Assembly: GCA_963705725.1 (NCBI GenBank)
Contig: CAVPKM010000017.1
Location: forward strand, 96,001-160,000
Reading direction: 5' to 3'
DNA from: an uncultured Gammaproteobacteria bacterium
Lineage (GTDB): Bacteria; Pseudomonadota; Gammaproteobacteria; UBA6002
DNA length: 64,000 nucleotides
Shown: positions 30,779-41,758 of the stretch, in pieces
How the letters are laid out: each line of letters opens with the position of its first letter
Numbering within the stretch: the stretch's first letter is position 1
Made by a program: the position numbers and the translations under genes
Notes under the pieces: model-generated
Seen by the model: the letters and a program-made list of their open reading frames with translations, nothing else
Told to the model about the DNA's origin: nothing
Databases searched by the model: none

Positions 30779-33262
30779 GTGCTGATGCTTATTTTGGGTG
30801 AAATTCTAACTGAACTAGTAATTATTTTTTTATTGTTTTTCTTTAATGTATCACTTTTTTTAAGTACGCTAATTCTTCTGGCTGGCTTATTTCTGCTCAC
30901 CTTGCTACACGGATTAAATCTCGTCTTGATTAGTACTTGGATAGTCTTCTTAACCGCGGGTATTTGTTTAAATATACCCATCTTACGTAGGAAATTGATT
31001 ACCGCTAAAATATTTCAAGCTGTCAAAAATAAGTTGCCTGCTATCAGTGAAACAGAACAAGAAGTCCTCCAAGCAGGAGATGTTTGGTGGGAAAAAGCAT
31101 TGTTAACTGGCCGGCCTAATTGGTCAAAATTTTTAAAATTTTCCAAAGTTAAATTAACACCCGAAGAAGAACAATTTTTAAATATACAAGTGGATACACT
31201 GTGCTCCCTGTTAGAAGATTATAAAATTGTAAAAGAGGGAAATTTACCCAGTGAAGTTTGGAATTATATTAAGCAAGAGCGTTTTCTTGGGTTAGTGATT
31301 CCCAAAGATTATAATGGTCTTGGATTTTCAGCATTTGCACATTCAACCATCATCCAAAAAATTGCTTCAAAAAGTTATAGTGCAGCAGTGAGTGTGATGG
31401 TTCCGAACTCAGTTGGGTTGGCAGAATTTATTTTGCACTATGGGACAGAGGAGCAAAAAACTTATTACTTACCTCGCTTTGTAGTAGGTGAGGAAATTCC
31501 TTGCTTTGCATTAACTACCCCTAGTGCTGGCAGTGATGCAGGTTCAATGACTGATAAAGGAATCGTTTGTTATAGGGAACAGTTAGGAGAAAAAAAGCTT
31601 GGTGTCAAAATAACATTTGATAAACGATATATTACGTTAGCGCCAATTGCCACCTTAATTGGATTAGCATTCAAGCTATCTGACCCCAATCACCTCTTAG
31701 GAGGGGTAGAAGATCGAGGCATCACTCTGGCGATGATTCCGCGCGATACCATAGGAATAGAAATTGGAAAATATCATTCACCCTTAATGCTGGGTTTTTT
31801 AAACGGACCGGTGCGTGGAGAGGAGGTGTTTATTCCCATTGATTATATTATTGGCGGAGTAGAGTCAGTTGGCCGAGGTTGGTCCATGATGATGGAATGT
31901 CTGTCAGTGGGTAGAGGGTTATCACTCCCTGCTTTGAGTACAGGAACGGCAAAACTTTGTTTCCGTATGACAAGTGCCTATGTCAATATTCGTGAACAAT
32001 TTCACTGTGCAATTGGTCATTTTGAAGGAATAAAAGAAGCATTGGCAAGAATTACCTGTTTTACTTATTTATGTGAGGCAACTCGGTGCCTAACTGTTTC
32101 TGCTATCGATCAGGGAATTAAACCCTCAGTTGCTTCTGCAATCACTAAGTACCACTTAACTGAATTAACCCGTAAAATTGTCAATGATGCGATGGATATT
32201 CATGGCGGACGCTCCATACAACTCGGGCCAAATAACTATTTAGGTTTATACTATATCGCCCAGCCAGTTAGCATCACAGTGGAAGGTGCCAATATTTTAA
32301 CACGGAATTTAATTATTTTTGGTCAGGGAATGCTGCGTTGTCATCCTTACATTAAAGCTGAAATTGATGCGCTTAATGAAAAAAATAAAAAAAAGGGCTT
32401 AGCAAAATTCGATCGATTATTCTTTAAACACCTGGGATTGGTGCTTTCAAATCTGACGAGAAGCTTGTTCTATGGTTTGAGTAATGGGAGAGGAATTCGT
32501 TCTCCAGTGAGTGATGAAACCGCATTTTTTTATCGTCAGTTAACTCGTATGAGTGTGGCACTTGCTTTAATTACCGATTTGTCTCTTGCTGTAATGGGGA
32601 AAGCATTAAAACAGCATGAAAGACTGACTGCGCGCTTGGGAGATGTGCTTAGCTATTTATACTTGGCTTCTGCCACATTAAAATATTATGAAGATCATGA
32701 CAAGCCGATTGCCGATTTTGTGCTAATTAAATGGATCGAGCAGTATTGCTTATACCAGATAGCCACGACTTTTGAACTTTTTTTTGCGAATTTTTGTTCT
32801 AAACGCTTAGCTAAAATCATTAAATGGATAATTTTTCCTTGGGGGAATCGTTATCGTTTACCACTTGATGAGCAAGATCATCAGGTAGCGGACATCGCAA
32901 TGCAAGAAAGTCAGGTTCGTGACAGAATAACTAAGCACATTGATTTGGGTCATGATAATGACATTCGAAAAAAAATGGATCTCGTCTATACGTTACATTT
33001 ACAAGTAAAAGCGGCAAATCAAAAATTATTACAGGCAATCAAAGCTGGAAAAATAATAGAAAATAATAGTTACCAGCAAGTACTTGCAGCTAAAAATGCA
33101 AATATTTTGACAGATAAAGAAGTCAACCAATTACTGGCATTAGACAGATTGAGACTTGAAGTCATTCAAGTAGATGAATTTGTAGCCATTCCTCCGTGGA
33201 TAATTGAACAAGGCGGAAAGTGTTTAGAGGAAGAGGAGGGCCCTCCCTCCTGTACTGAATAG
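30779..33262 (+). CDS. fadE: Acyl-CoA dehydrogenase FadE
   Basis: N-terminal TM, PCFALT.P.AGSDAG, KRYITLAP, ITVEGANILTR. Confidence 0.93.
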   Translation: MLMLILGEILTELVIIFLLFFFNVSLFLSTLILLAGLFLLTLLHGLNLVLISTWIVFLTAGICLNIPILRRKLITAKIFQAVKNKLPAISETEQEVLQAGDVWWEKALLTGRPNWSKFLKFSKVKLTPEEEQFLNIQVDTLCSLLEDYKIVKEGNLPSEVWNYIKQERFLGLVIPKDYNGLGFSAFAHSTIIQKIASKSYSAAVSVMVPNSVGLAEFILHYGTEEQKTYYLPRFVVGEEIPCFALTTPSAGSDAGSMTDKGIVCYREQLGEKKLGVKITFDKRYITLAPIATLIGLAFKLSDPNHLLGGVEDRGITLAMIPRDTIGIEIGKYHSPLMLGFLNGPVRGEEVFIPIDYIIGGVESVGRGWSMMMECLSVGRGLSLPALSTGTAKLCFRMTSAYVNIREQFHCAIGHFEGIKEALARITCFTYLCEATRCLTVSAIDQGIKPSVASAITKYHLTELTRKIVNDAMDIHGGRSIQLGPNNYLGLYYIAQPVSITVEGANILTRNLIIFGQGMLRCHPYIKAEIDALNEKNKKKGLAKFDRLFFKHLGLVLSNLTRSLFYGLSNGRGIRSPVSDETAFFYRQLTRMSVALALITDLSLAVMGKALKQHERLTARLGDVLSYLYLASATLKYYEDHDKPIADFVLIKWIEQYCLYQIATTFELFFANFCSKRLAKIIKWIIFPWGNRYRLPLDEQDHQVADIAMQESQVRDRITKHIDLGHDNDIRKKMDLVYTLHLQVKAANQKLLQAIKAGKIIENNSYQQVLAAKNANILTDKEVNQLLALDRLRLEVIQVDEFVAIPPWIIEQGGKCLEEEEGPPSCTE

Positions 33263-33281
33263 TCAATAAAGGACGAAGTAT

Positions 33282-34574
33282 ATGACAGACAAGCAATTTC
33301 AGGGTGACGTGTTTATTGTTGATGGTGCACGGACGCCATTTTTAAAAGTAAAAGGAAAGCCGAATCCTTTTTCTGCAACAGATCTTGCCGTCGCCGCAGG
33401 AAAATCACTACTTGCGAGACAATCCTTTGATCCGAAAGCAATTGGTGAGCTAGTGCTGGGAAGCGTGATGCCTCGAGAAAATGAAGCAAATATTGCGCGT
33501 GTTACCGCTTTGCGTCTTGGATATGATGAAAATATACCGGCTTTTACTGTCCAACGAAATTGTGGTTCTGGAATGCAAGCCATTGATTCTGCAATGAAAG
33601 ATATTTTATCTGGCCGCCACGACTTAGTGCTGGCGGGAGGGAGTGAGGCGATGAGCCGATCACCCCTTCTTTATAATGAAGAATATGTTAATTGGATAAC
33701 CAAATATAAAGCCGAAAAAAGTTTGATGAACAAACTAAAAGTTTTAGCCAAGGTAAAACCACGTTATTTTATGCCCGAAATCGCTTTAAAAAAGGGGTTA
33801 AGTGATCCGTTGGTCGGGTTATCCATGGGGCAAACTGCGGAAAAATTGGCTTATGAATTTGATATAAGCCGAAACGAAATGGATGGATTCGCGCTGAACA
33901 GTCATGAGCGGGCAGCTTTGGCCATAAAGCAAGGTTATTTCAAAGAAATAATCACCCTCTATGATAAAAGTGGCCATTACTATGACCAAGATACTGGCAT
34001 TCGATCAGACACATCACTTGAAAAGTTAGGTCAATTAAAGCCGATGTTCGATAAGTTCGGTTCAGTGACGGCTGGAAATAGCTCCCAAGTGACAGATGGC
34101 GCTGTCATGATCCTTCTCGCCAGCGAGAAGGCAGTGCAAAAGTACAATTTATCTATTTTGGGACGAATTGTTGATGTCAATTGGGCTGCGCTCTCTCCAG
34201 ACAGAATGGGGTTAGGGCCCATTTTTGCAGCTACGCCTTTGTTAAAAAGGAATCAGCTCACTTTAAAAGATATTGATTATTGGGAGATGAATGAGGCTTT
34301 TTCCGCGCAAGTATTGGCTTGTAGGAAGGCCTGGAATGATAAAGCATTCTGTCAGCAAGCCTTAGGTTTAGAGGCTGAAATGGGAGAATTAGATTTAAGT
34401 AATTTAAACGTGGATGGTGGAGCGATCGCACTTGGGCACCCAGTTGGTGCAAGTGGGGCAAGAATTATTCTCCATTTATTAGAAATTATGCAAAGGCAAC
34501 AAGCAAAACGCGGCATTTCTATGATTTGCATTGGAGGTGGTCAAGGAGGCGCAATGCTACTTGAACGCGCCTAA
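33282..34574 (+). CDS. 3-ketoacyl-CoA thiolase (FadI-like)
   Basis: RNCGSGMQA, NEAF, GGAIALGHPVGASG, CIGGGQG. Confidence 0.94.
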   Translation: MTDKQFQGDVFIVDGARTPFLKVKGKPNPFSATDLAVAAGKSLLARQSFDPKAIGELVLGSVMPRENEANIARVTALRLGYDENIPAFTVQRNCGSGMQAIDSAMKDILSGRHDLVLAGGSEAMSRSPLLYNEEYVNWITKYKAEKSLMNKLKVLAKVKPRYFMPEIALKKGLSDPLVGLSMGQTAEKLAYEFDISRNEMDGFALNSHERAALAIKQGYFKEIITLYDKSGHYYDQDTGIRSDTSLEKLGQLKPMFDKFGSVTAGNSSQVTDGAVMILLASEKAVQKYNLSILGRIVDVNWAALSPDRMGLGPIFAATPLLKRNQLTLKDIDYWEMNEAFSAQVLACRKAWNDKAFCQQALGLEAEMGELDLSNLNVDGGAIALGHPVGASGARIILHLLEIMQRQQAKRGISMICIGGGQGGAMLLERA

Positions 34575-34602
34575 AGCTATTTGCAATTGAGGGAGTAAGA
34601 CT

Positions 34603-36717
34603 ATGGAACAACAAGTATATAAAAATTGGAAGATGAGGCGAGATGGGAAAGGAATACTTTGGCTCGCGATCAATCGTGATTCAAGCCGAGTTAACTCATT
34701 AAATCAAGAAGTGTTGCAAGAGTTAGATCAATTGCTTGATGAAATTAAGACGGATTCTTCTATCAATAGCGTAGTCATCTATTCAAGTAAAAAAACAGGT
34801 TTTATTGCAGGTGCGGATATCACGCAATTTGTAGAGCTGAAATCTGTAGAGGAAGCGTTTAACTTGATTAGACAAGGGCAACTTGTTTTTAACAAATTGG
34901 CAGATTTGCCCAAACCTACTACGGCCATGATAGATGGTTTTTGCTTAGGGGGAGGATTAGAACTCGCATTAGCTTGCCGTTATCGAGTTGCCGAAGAAGA
35001 AAGTAAACTCGGTTGCCCAGAAGTACATCTTGGCATTATTCCTGGCTGGGGAGGGACAGTTAGATTACCTTTATTAATTGGTGCGCCACAGGCCATGCGG
35101 TTAATTGCAACTGGAAAAATGATTAGTGCGAAAGAGGCATTAAAGCTTGGAATGGTTGATGAAGCACTTCCAAGACGAGTATTAGAAAAAGCGGCTTTTT
35201 CCTATGCATTGGACACTCCGCCCATTCATCGACCGACGTTCTTACAATCTTTAACAAATTCTGTCGTCGCCAGACCGCTTTTGGCAAAAATGTTTGTGGC
35301 TAAGTTAAAAGAAAAGGTTAATTCCTCTCATTACCCTGCCCCTTTTGAAGTCATTCAAAATTGGGAAACATTGGGACCTGAAAATCCCAATGCCATGTTA
35401 CGAGAAGCAAGATCCATTTCCGAATTATTAGTTCATCCTACTGCGCATAATTTAATTCGCGTTTTTTTCTTGAAGGAGAGACTAAAAGGATTGGCAAAAG
35501 GATTGCGGTTTAAATCCAAGCATGTGCATGTTGTGGGGGCCGGTACCATGGGAAGTGGAATCGCCGCTTGGTGTGCGATTAATGGGTTAATGGTGACGCT
35601 CCAAGACCAATCTCCGGAGCGAATCGCAGCGGGATTGAATAAAGCCAATCAGATTATAAAAAGTAAACTCCGTTCAGAAAGGAAAGTTTTAGTGGCGATG
35701 GATTATATCAACCCTGATGTCCAAGGATTGGGTGTGTCTAAAGCAGATATTATTATCGAGGCCATTGTTGAAGATTTAGTAGCAAAGCAGACGCTTTATA
35801 AACAGCTAGAAAAAGAAATGAAACCCTCCACCTTGCTTGCAACCAATACCTCGAGCTTAACTTTGAGTGAGCTGCGAAAGACATTGGATAACCCTTCTCA
35901 ACTAGTTGGCATTCACTTTTTTAATCCCGTTGAAAAAATGGAGTTAGTAGAAGTTATTCATGATGAAGAGACAGATTATAACCGGGTTGAGGATGCAATC
36001 GCCTTTGTCAGGCAAATTAATCGCTTGCCTCTGCCAGTCAAAAGTAGGCCAGGGTTTCTAGTCAATCGAATTCTTATGCCCTATCTTCTGGAAGGGATGA
36101 TTTTGTTAGAAGAGGGTATGCCGGCTTTTGTGATTGATCATGCTGCTAAAGATTTTGGGATGCCAATTGGCCCACTTGAATTAGCAGATAGGGTGGGTCT
36201 TGATGTTTGTTTATCGGTGGCCGAGATATTTGCCCATCATTTTGGCGGAAAAGTGCCAGCTAAATTACAGGACAAGGTAACAGAAGGAAAATTTGGCACT
36301 AAGTCAGGCGAAGGCTTTTACCGCTATCAAGCAGGAAAATTAATACAATCACACCGCAATATCCCAGAAACCTTAGCTATTTCTAAACAGGACCTGACTG
36401 ATCGCCTAATTCTTTGCATGATAAAAGAAGCAGAAATCTGCCTGCAAGAAGAAATCGTTGCCGATGCTGACTTGCTAGATGCCGGCATGATTTTCGGTAC
36501 AGGCTTTGCGCCTTTTCGCGGAGGACCAATGAATTATGCAAGGACAAGAGGGCTTAGTCAGATAAACGAGAGGTTAGTGCAATTGGCTAATCAATATGGT
36601 GAAAGATTTAAACCTGGTCATTATCAGCAAACCCCTTCTTCAGAAGCGCCTAATCCTGATGCCTTTACTCAATCTGAGAAAAAGGCATCAGTGCTATCAG
36701 AAACAAATATTCATTAG
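34603..36717 (+). CDS. Enoyl-CoA hydratase/3-hydroxyacyl-CoA dehydrogenase (FadJ-like)
   Basis: FIAGADI, GGGLELALAC, GAGTMG, TNTSS, HFFNP. Confidence 0.94.
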   Translation: MEQQVYKNWKMRRDGKGILWLAINRDSSRVNSLNQEVLQELDQLLDEIKTDSSINSVVIYSSKKTGFIAGADITQFVELKSVEEAFNLIRQGQLVFNKLADLPKPTTAMIDGFCLGGGLELALACRYRVAEEESKLGCPEVHLGIIPGWGGTVRLPLLIGAPQAMRLIATGKMISAKEALKLGMVDEALPRRVLEKAAFSYALDTPPIHRPTFLQSLTNSVVARPLLAKMFVAKLKEKVNSSHYPAPFEVIQNWETLGPENPNAMLREARSISELLVHPTAHNLIRVFFLKERLKGLAKGLRFKSKHVHVVGAGTMGSGIAAWCAINGLMVTLQDQSPERIAAGLNKANQIIKSKLRSERKVLVAMDYINPDVQGLGVSKADIIIEAIVEDLVAKQTLYKQLEKEMKPSTLLATNTSSLTLSELRKTLDNPSQLVGIHFFNPVEKMELVEVIHDEETDYNRVEDAIAFVRQINRLPLPVKSRPGFLVNRILMPYLLEGMILLEEGMPAFVIDHAAKDFGMPIGPLELADRVGLDVCLSVAEIFAHHFGGKVPAKLQDKVTEGKFGTKSGEGFYRYQAGKLIQSHRNIPETLAISKQDLTDRLILCMIKEAEICLQEEIVADADLLDAGMIFGTGFAPFRGGPMNYARTRGLSQINERLVQLANQYGERFKPGHYQQTPSSEAPNPDAFTQSEKKASVLSETNIH

Positions 36718-36731
36718 GGGGTGAGTTAACA

Positions 36732-37124
36732 ATGTCAGAGGCGCTACTTGCAAGCTTACCGGAACGTGAGCCAGTACTTAGGATCAAAACCTTGCCAAAT
36801 GATGCAAATAAAACAGGAGATATTTTTGGCGGTTGGTTAATGTCGAAAATCGATATAGCGGGTGCAATCATTGCTGCGAGAAAAACAAGAGGCCATGTTG
36901 TTACCGTAGCAGTAAAGGAATTAATATTTTTGCAACCGCTTTTCGTTTATGATTTGGTTAGTTTCTACGTTGATATTATCAAGATAGGAAAAACTTCCAT
37001 TACGCTTAAAGTCGAAGTTTATGCAGAGAGAATGACGCACCCCGGTTTTGTTAAAGTTTCTGAAGCAATTTTGGTTTATGTGGCTGTAAGCCAGCCCGGC
37101 GTTAAGCGCGTTATTGCAGAGTAG
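36732..37124 (+). CDS. Acyl-CoA thioesterase (YciA-like hotdog fold)
   Basis: DAN..GDIFGGWLMS.ID.AG. Confidence 0.92.
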   Translation: MSEALLASLPEREPVLRIKTLPNDANKTGDIFGGWLMSKIDIAGAIIAARKTRGHVVTVAVKELIFLQPLFVYDLVSFYVDIIKIGKTSITLKVEVYAERMTHPGFVKVSEAILVYVAVSQPGVKRVIAE

Positions 37125-37136
37125 CCATGCAAACAG

Positions 37137-38480
37137 CTAGAGAGTACTCAAGAAGGCGTTAAGGTCTTGATGAGTCTCATCGTCAGGCATAGTTAAATCA
37201 AGATAATTGTTGTCCCCAGTGTCATCAATACTAGTAGCCCGCTGACGAACTTTAAAAAATGCGGTCTGGGTAGGCTTAATGGGCTTGGGTGGCTCAGGTT
37301 CTCGTTCTACACCAATAGTGATATTTTTAAGTTCATCTTGAGATTCTCGTACTTCAGAGATCCAGTTTCCTCCTGAGGAAATAATAAATGTAGCAGCAGC
37401 AGCTGAATAAGTGATAGCAGGAATGACTGCCTTCTCCTTTAGTGCCAACCACACTGTTAATGCAGTATCAATGCCGTGAATTGGCGCGCCGAAATAAAGC
37501 AAGTAATGGGCTATTTTTGAGGCAAGATCGGGAACCCATCTTTCTTCTTCTTCATCGTTGTGTGGCACATTCGCAATTTTCTCTAGATTCTTTTTAGTAA
37601 AAGCGCCTTCAAATAGAAAGGTTTGAATCAAAATGATATTACTTATCAATAGGGTAAAAAGTGCAGAAAAGATACCAATTGGTACGGAAGCATAAAGCGG
37701 CATTTCCAATACATCGAGAATAGCAGTAGGAGGAATAAAAAGTATCACTGGAATAATATGCTCAAGCGTATCGGCGATTGAACCAGTTAAGCGAATAGAT
37801 TTCCGAATAAATGGATATTGCACTAATAAACTTGCTAAACTTTTCATTTTGTTAGTAAACGCTTGATCATAAACATGAATTTGGTGCTTTTCGATTGAGA
37901 ATAATTTTCTGATTTCTTTCCAAGTTGCTGGCACCTCATTGGTAAGTGAAAAGGGCGCATCGAATAAGAGATAATAAGCAATAACGCTTCCCACTTCTGC
38001 ATGACTGAGGCCTGCTAAAGGGAGATTTTCACTATAAAAACCTTGGATCCAGGCTTTTGTTGCAGACAACATTAAAATATTGGCTAAAGGGTCAGATAAA
38101 ATTGTTGCAGTAAGATAAGCGTATTTCATGAGGGTGTAGGGAATAAGTCGACTAGCAGGAGCAGGCCCCAATAAAGGCTGAATTTGTTCTTCATCAATTT
38201 CTTGTGCTATTTCTTCTTCCTTTCCAAAAAATTTACGGATAAAAGGACCTTGAAAGCTATAGAGTGTTAGGAAAGAAACTAATCCCACTGCTACCCCGGT
38301 GACAATTGCAAGATCAAGAGCAAAATCGGGTGTGACTTTCTTGTCGGGATCTTCAAAGGAAACGATAAGGCCAAGGCCTGTATCTAAAGCATCGGTGCCG
38401 GATTCTACAAGACTAAAAAGTGCTGATGCGATTTTACCAAGCATAATTTTACCTTTTATTAATAATAATGCGTTAAGCAT
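37137..38480 (-). CDS. Multi-pass membrane hypothetical protein, effector-like
   Basis: Several hydrophobic segments and an acidic/Pro C-terminal tail; no family recognised. Confidence 0.7.
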   Translation of the reverse strand: MLNALLLIKGKIMLGKIASALFSLVESGTDALDTGLGLIVSFEDPDKKVTPDFALDLAIVTGVAVGLVSFLTLYSFQGPFIRKFFGKEEEIAQEIDEEQIQPLLGPAPASRLIPYTLMKYAYLTATILSDPLANILMLSATKAWIQGFYSENLPLAGLSHAEVGSVIAYYLLFDAPFSLTNEVPATWKEIRKLFSIEKHQIHVYDQAFTNKMKSLASLLVQYPFIRKSIRLTGSIADTLEHIIPVILFIPPTAILDVLEMPLYASVPIGIFSALFTLLISNIILIQTFLFEGAFTKKNLEKIANVPHNDEEEERWVPDLASKIAHYLLYFGAPIHGIDTALTVWLALKEKAVIPAITYSAAAATFIISSGGNWISEVRESQDELKNITIGVEREPEPPKPIKPTQTAFFKVRQRATSIDDTGDNNYLDLTMPDDETHQDLNAFLSTL

Positions 38481-38545
38481 CCAAAAAATATTAGAATTCT
38501 ATTATGGATAAGTTAGTTGGCAAGGTAAAGAAAAAATTTCTGAAA

Positions 38546-38935
38546 CTATCGTAAAAACCGTATTGTGAGAGGATAGCGAAAAGGATTACCATGTGCAGTT
38601 TCAACAGCGGCAATGATCATGGCAATGATATGAAACAAGGCAACAAGGAAAATTAAAAGAAAACCAATAAATAATATGACCAACAATATTGAAGCAAGGT
38701 AATAGATACTGATAGAGATTTGGAAATTAATGGCTTCCTTCCCTTGCTCGTCAAGGTAAGGAAAAGATTGTCGTTTGAATCCCCAAATTAATAATGGAGC
38801 AATAATATTTGCGATTGGAAACAAAAATCCAGCAAAACCACTCAAATGACAGACCATTGCCCAATGAATGGCTTCAGAGGAGGGGGGAATCACAGGTTGA
38901 GGTTGTTCTATTGCTTCTTTTTGATCATCCGACAT
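38546..38935 (-). CDS. DUF4870-like membrane protein
   Basis: WAMVCHLS, GKEAINFQI, FRYPLTIRF. Confidence 0.85.
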   Translation of the reverse strand: MSDDQKEAIEQPQPVIPPSSEAIHWAMVCHLSGFAGFLFPIANIIAPLLIWGFKRQSFPYLDEQGKEAINFQISISIYYLASILLVILFIGFLLIFLVALFHIIAMIIAAVETAHGNPFRYPLTIRFLR

Positions 38936-38998
38936 AAATTTACACCAATTATTATGACTTTTAATAGATTATAGTCCTTATTTACGGTAGTAAACAAA

Positions 38999-39472
38999 AT
39001 GTTAATTAAAATAAAATCTGCTCTGCAAATTTTGGAAGTTGAAAATAAAGGGAGGGTAGCTCGATCCTATTCCATTTCTACGGCAAAAAAGGGATTGGGT
39101 GAGAATAGGGGTAGTGAAATGACACCCCGCGGATGGCATCAAATTAAAATAAAAATTGGTCAAAACTGTCCTCCCAATACGGTTTTTGTAGGGAGACGCC
39201 AAACAGGGGAAATCTATTCCAAGGCCCTAGCCCAGCAATTCCCAAACCGTGATTGGATACTGACTCGTATTATATGGTTGACAGGTCTTGAGCCGGGTGT
39301 GAATCAATATGGTAATGTCGATACATTAAGACGTTATATTTATATCCACGGCGTGCCAGATGAGGTTCCCATGGGGATAGCGCTCTCTCATGGCTGTATA
39401 CGTATGCGCAATCAGGAAATAATCGAATTATTTAATCTGGTTTCACCAGGAACACAGGTTTTGATTAGTTAA
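38999..39472 (+). CDS. L,D-transpeptidase (YkuD family)
   Basis: YIYIHG...SHGCIRM catalytic motif, TPRG. Confidence 0.92.
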   Translation: MLIKIKSALQILEVENKGRVARSYSISTAKKGLGENRGSEMTPRGWHQIKIKIGQNCPPNTVFVGRRQTGEIYSKALAQQFPNRDWILTRIIWLTGLEPGVNQYGNVDTLRRYIYIHGVPDEVPMGIALSHGCIRMRNQEIIELFNLVSPGTQVLIS

Positions 39473-39521
39473 AAATATCATGCTATAAACTACCAATTAG
39501 CAGAACATTTATGAGAGCGAT

Positions 39522-40118
39522 ATGCAAAGGTCAGAAGAAATTCTAAAATATTGGTTTGGCACAATGGATGAGTCGGCCTTTCCTTCCAATCAGCGAACCC
39601 ATCTCTGGTTCTCTGAAGATAAAGAGATCGATGAAGAAATACGATCCAAGTTTTCTTATGACTTAGAGAGAGCTGTGCTTGGCGAATATGTGGATTGGGA
39701 AAAATCGGCCCGATCTTCGCTCTCGCTAATTTTACTTTATGATCAATTTTCAAGACATATTTATCGTAATACCCCCTTAGCCTATGCCCAGGATCACCGC
39801 GCGGTGGATCTCTGTTTGCATGGTATTGAAAAACAATTTGATCATGTGATTAGTTTAATCGAGCGCACATTTTTTTATTTTCCGTTAATGCATTCGGAAA
39901 ATATTGAAATTCAAGCGACCTCAATTCGTGCTTATAAAATTTTAGTAGACTTATCCTTTCCAGAGGCGAGAACCATTTTTGAAAGTTTTCTAGAATACGC
40001 CCTTAACAATTTTGACATCATTAAACGCTTTGGTCGTTTTCCAGAACGAAATGAAGCCTTAAATAGAAAATCCTCAAAGGAAGAAATAACCTATTTGACG
40101 AAAGAAAAAAAATCATGA
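39522..40118 (+). CDS. DUF924 family protein
   Basis: ILKYWF, LYDQFSR, PLMHSE, RFGRFPERN. Confidence 0.88.
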   Translation: MQRSEEILKYWFGTMDESAFPSNQRTHLWFSEDKEIDEEIRSKFSYDLERAVLGEYVDWEKSARSSLSLILLYDQFSRHIYRNTPLAYAQDHRAVDLCLHGIEKQFDHVISLIERTFFYFPLMHSENIEIQATSIRAYKILVDLSFPEARTIFESFLEYALNNFDIIKRFGRFPERNEALNRKSSKEEITYLTKEKKS

Positions 40119-41065
40119 GCCAGGGTCATGTCATGCTAGACCTTGAAGGTTGTGCGTTGACAATGCTTGAAAAAGAAATCCTAGCGCATCCACAGACAGG
40201 TGGCATTATTCTTTTTTCTCGGAATTATGAATCAAAAAAACAACTGACTGCCTTAACTAAAGCAATTCGCAAGATAAAGGGGGCGATGCTCATTGCAGTC
40301 GATCAAGAAGGCGGCAGAGTCCAGCGTTTTAAACAAGAATTTACTTGTTTACCTCCCTTCAGCGCTTATGGTGAACGTTATGATCAGGAGCAAGAAGCGG
40401 CTTTGGAGTATGCCAAGAAAATGGCCTATTGCATGGCAAAAGAACTCCTTGATTGTGGCGTAAATGTGAGCTTTTCGCCAGTACTAGATATAGATCATGG
40501 TAAAAGTGAAGTGATTCTAGATCGTAGTTTTCATCAAGATAAAGCAGTGGTTATCGAGTTAGCTCGTGCCTTTATCGCTGGCATGCACCAAGCAAAAATG
40601 CCAGCAACTGGAAAGCACTTTCCGGGTCATGGCGCGGTGAAAGCCGATTCACATCACACCTTGCCAGTTGATTCGCGTTCTTTTGAAGAAATAGCATCGA
40701 GTGATCTACAGCCATTTTGCAAATTACGTGATGACTTGGATGGAATGATGCCATCTCATATTTTATACGAAGCTGTAGATACCGCTCCTACTTGTTTTTC
40801 ATCGAAGTGGTTAGAAGATATTTTGCGACAACAAATTGGTTTTCAGGGAGTGATTTTTAGTGATGATTTAAGCATGGCAGGGGCAAAATTTTTCACTGAT
40901 TTGGTAGAACGGGCAGAAAAAGCCCTAACAGCAGGTTGTGACATGGTATTGGTTTGCAATCAGCAAGAACAAGCAATTCGTGTCATCTCGCATCTTGAAA
41001 AATATCATCATCCCCTTTCAGAGCAACGTTTACAGCGGTTTACAGCAATTCCTGCATGGAGATAA
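40115..41065 (+). CDS. nagZ: Beta-N-acetylhexosaminidase
   Basis: DQEGGRVQR, KHFPGHG..ADSH, SDDLSM. Confidence 0.95.
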   Translation: MSQGHVMLDLEGCALTMLEKEILAHPQTGGIILFSRNYESKKQLTALTKAIRKIKGAMLIAVDQEGGRVQRFKQEFTCLPPFSAYGERYDQEQEAALEYAKKMAYCMAKELLDCGVNVSFSPVLDIDHGKSEVILDRSFHQDKAVVIELARAFIAGMHQAKMPATGKHFPGHGAVKADSHHTLPVDSRSFEEIASSDLQPFCKLRDDLDGMMPSHILYEAVDTAPTCFSSKWLEDILRQQIGFQGVIFSDDLSMAGAKFFTDLVERAEKALTAGCDMVLVCNQQEQAIRVISHLEKYHHPLSEQRLQRFTAIPAWR

Positions 41066-41069
41066 AGTC

Positions 41070-41636
41070 TTGATTAAAATTCCTGAGGATATTCGTGTTA
41101 TTTACGAAAAAGCAACGTGTATCCATTCGCGAGAAGCAGTTGAACACGCGCTAGATGATATGGCACTTGCTATTTCAAAGGAAGTTTCTGAGGTTTATCC
41201 CGTTTTTTTATGCGTGGTGGTGGGTGGAATTATTCCACTTGGAAATTTGTTAACACGCATTATCTTTCCATTAGAAATTAATTATATACATGCAACTCGC
41301 TATCGAGGGGCATTAGTTGGCTCTGATTTAATTTGGCAAGCAAAACCGACCTGCTCGTTAAAAGACAAGGTCGTGGTTATTGTTGATGACATTTTAGACA
41401 GCGGACTGACACTGTCAGAAATTATTCGTTATTGTGAAGAGCAGGGTGCTAAAAAAGTCTTAACAGCAGTTTTAGTGGATAAGCACCACGCAAGACAGCC
41501 AGGAGGTTTAAAGAAAGCGGATTTCACCGGGCTAGTAGTAGATGGCCATCATTATGTCTTTGGTTATGGAATGGATTATCGCAACTATCTGCGTAATGCA
41601 CCGGGTATTTTTGCTATTTCACCTGAACATCAATAA
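41070..41636 (+). CDS. hpt: Hypoxanthine-guanine phosphoribosyltransferase
   Basis: VIVDDILDSGLT PRPP motif, YVFGYGMDY; likely TTG start after GGAG. Confidence 0.9.
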   Translation: MIKIPEDIRVIYEKATCIHSREAVEHALDDMALAISKEVSEVYPVFLCVVVGGIIPLGNLLTRIIFPLEINYIHATRYRGALVGSDLIWQAKPTCSLKDKVVVIVDDILDSGLTLSEIIRYCEEQGAKKVLTAVLVDKHHARQPGGLKKADFTGLVVDGHHYVFGYGMDYRNYLRNAPGIFAISPEHQ

Positions 41637-41758
41637 GTGAATTTAGCGATACCCTTCAAGGGGAGTTTCCTTATAAACATATATTAAGCATAAAAAATAT
41701 TCCAAAAAAATAAAAATAATGTATTATTAGATTTTTTTATTGATTTGGTGGGTTTGTA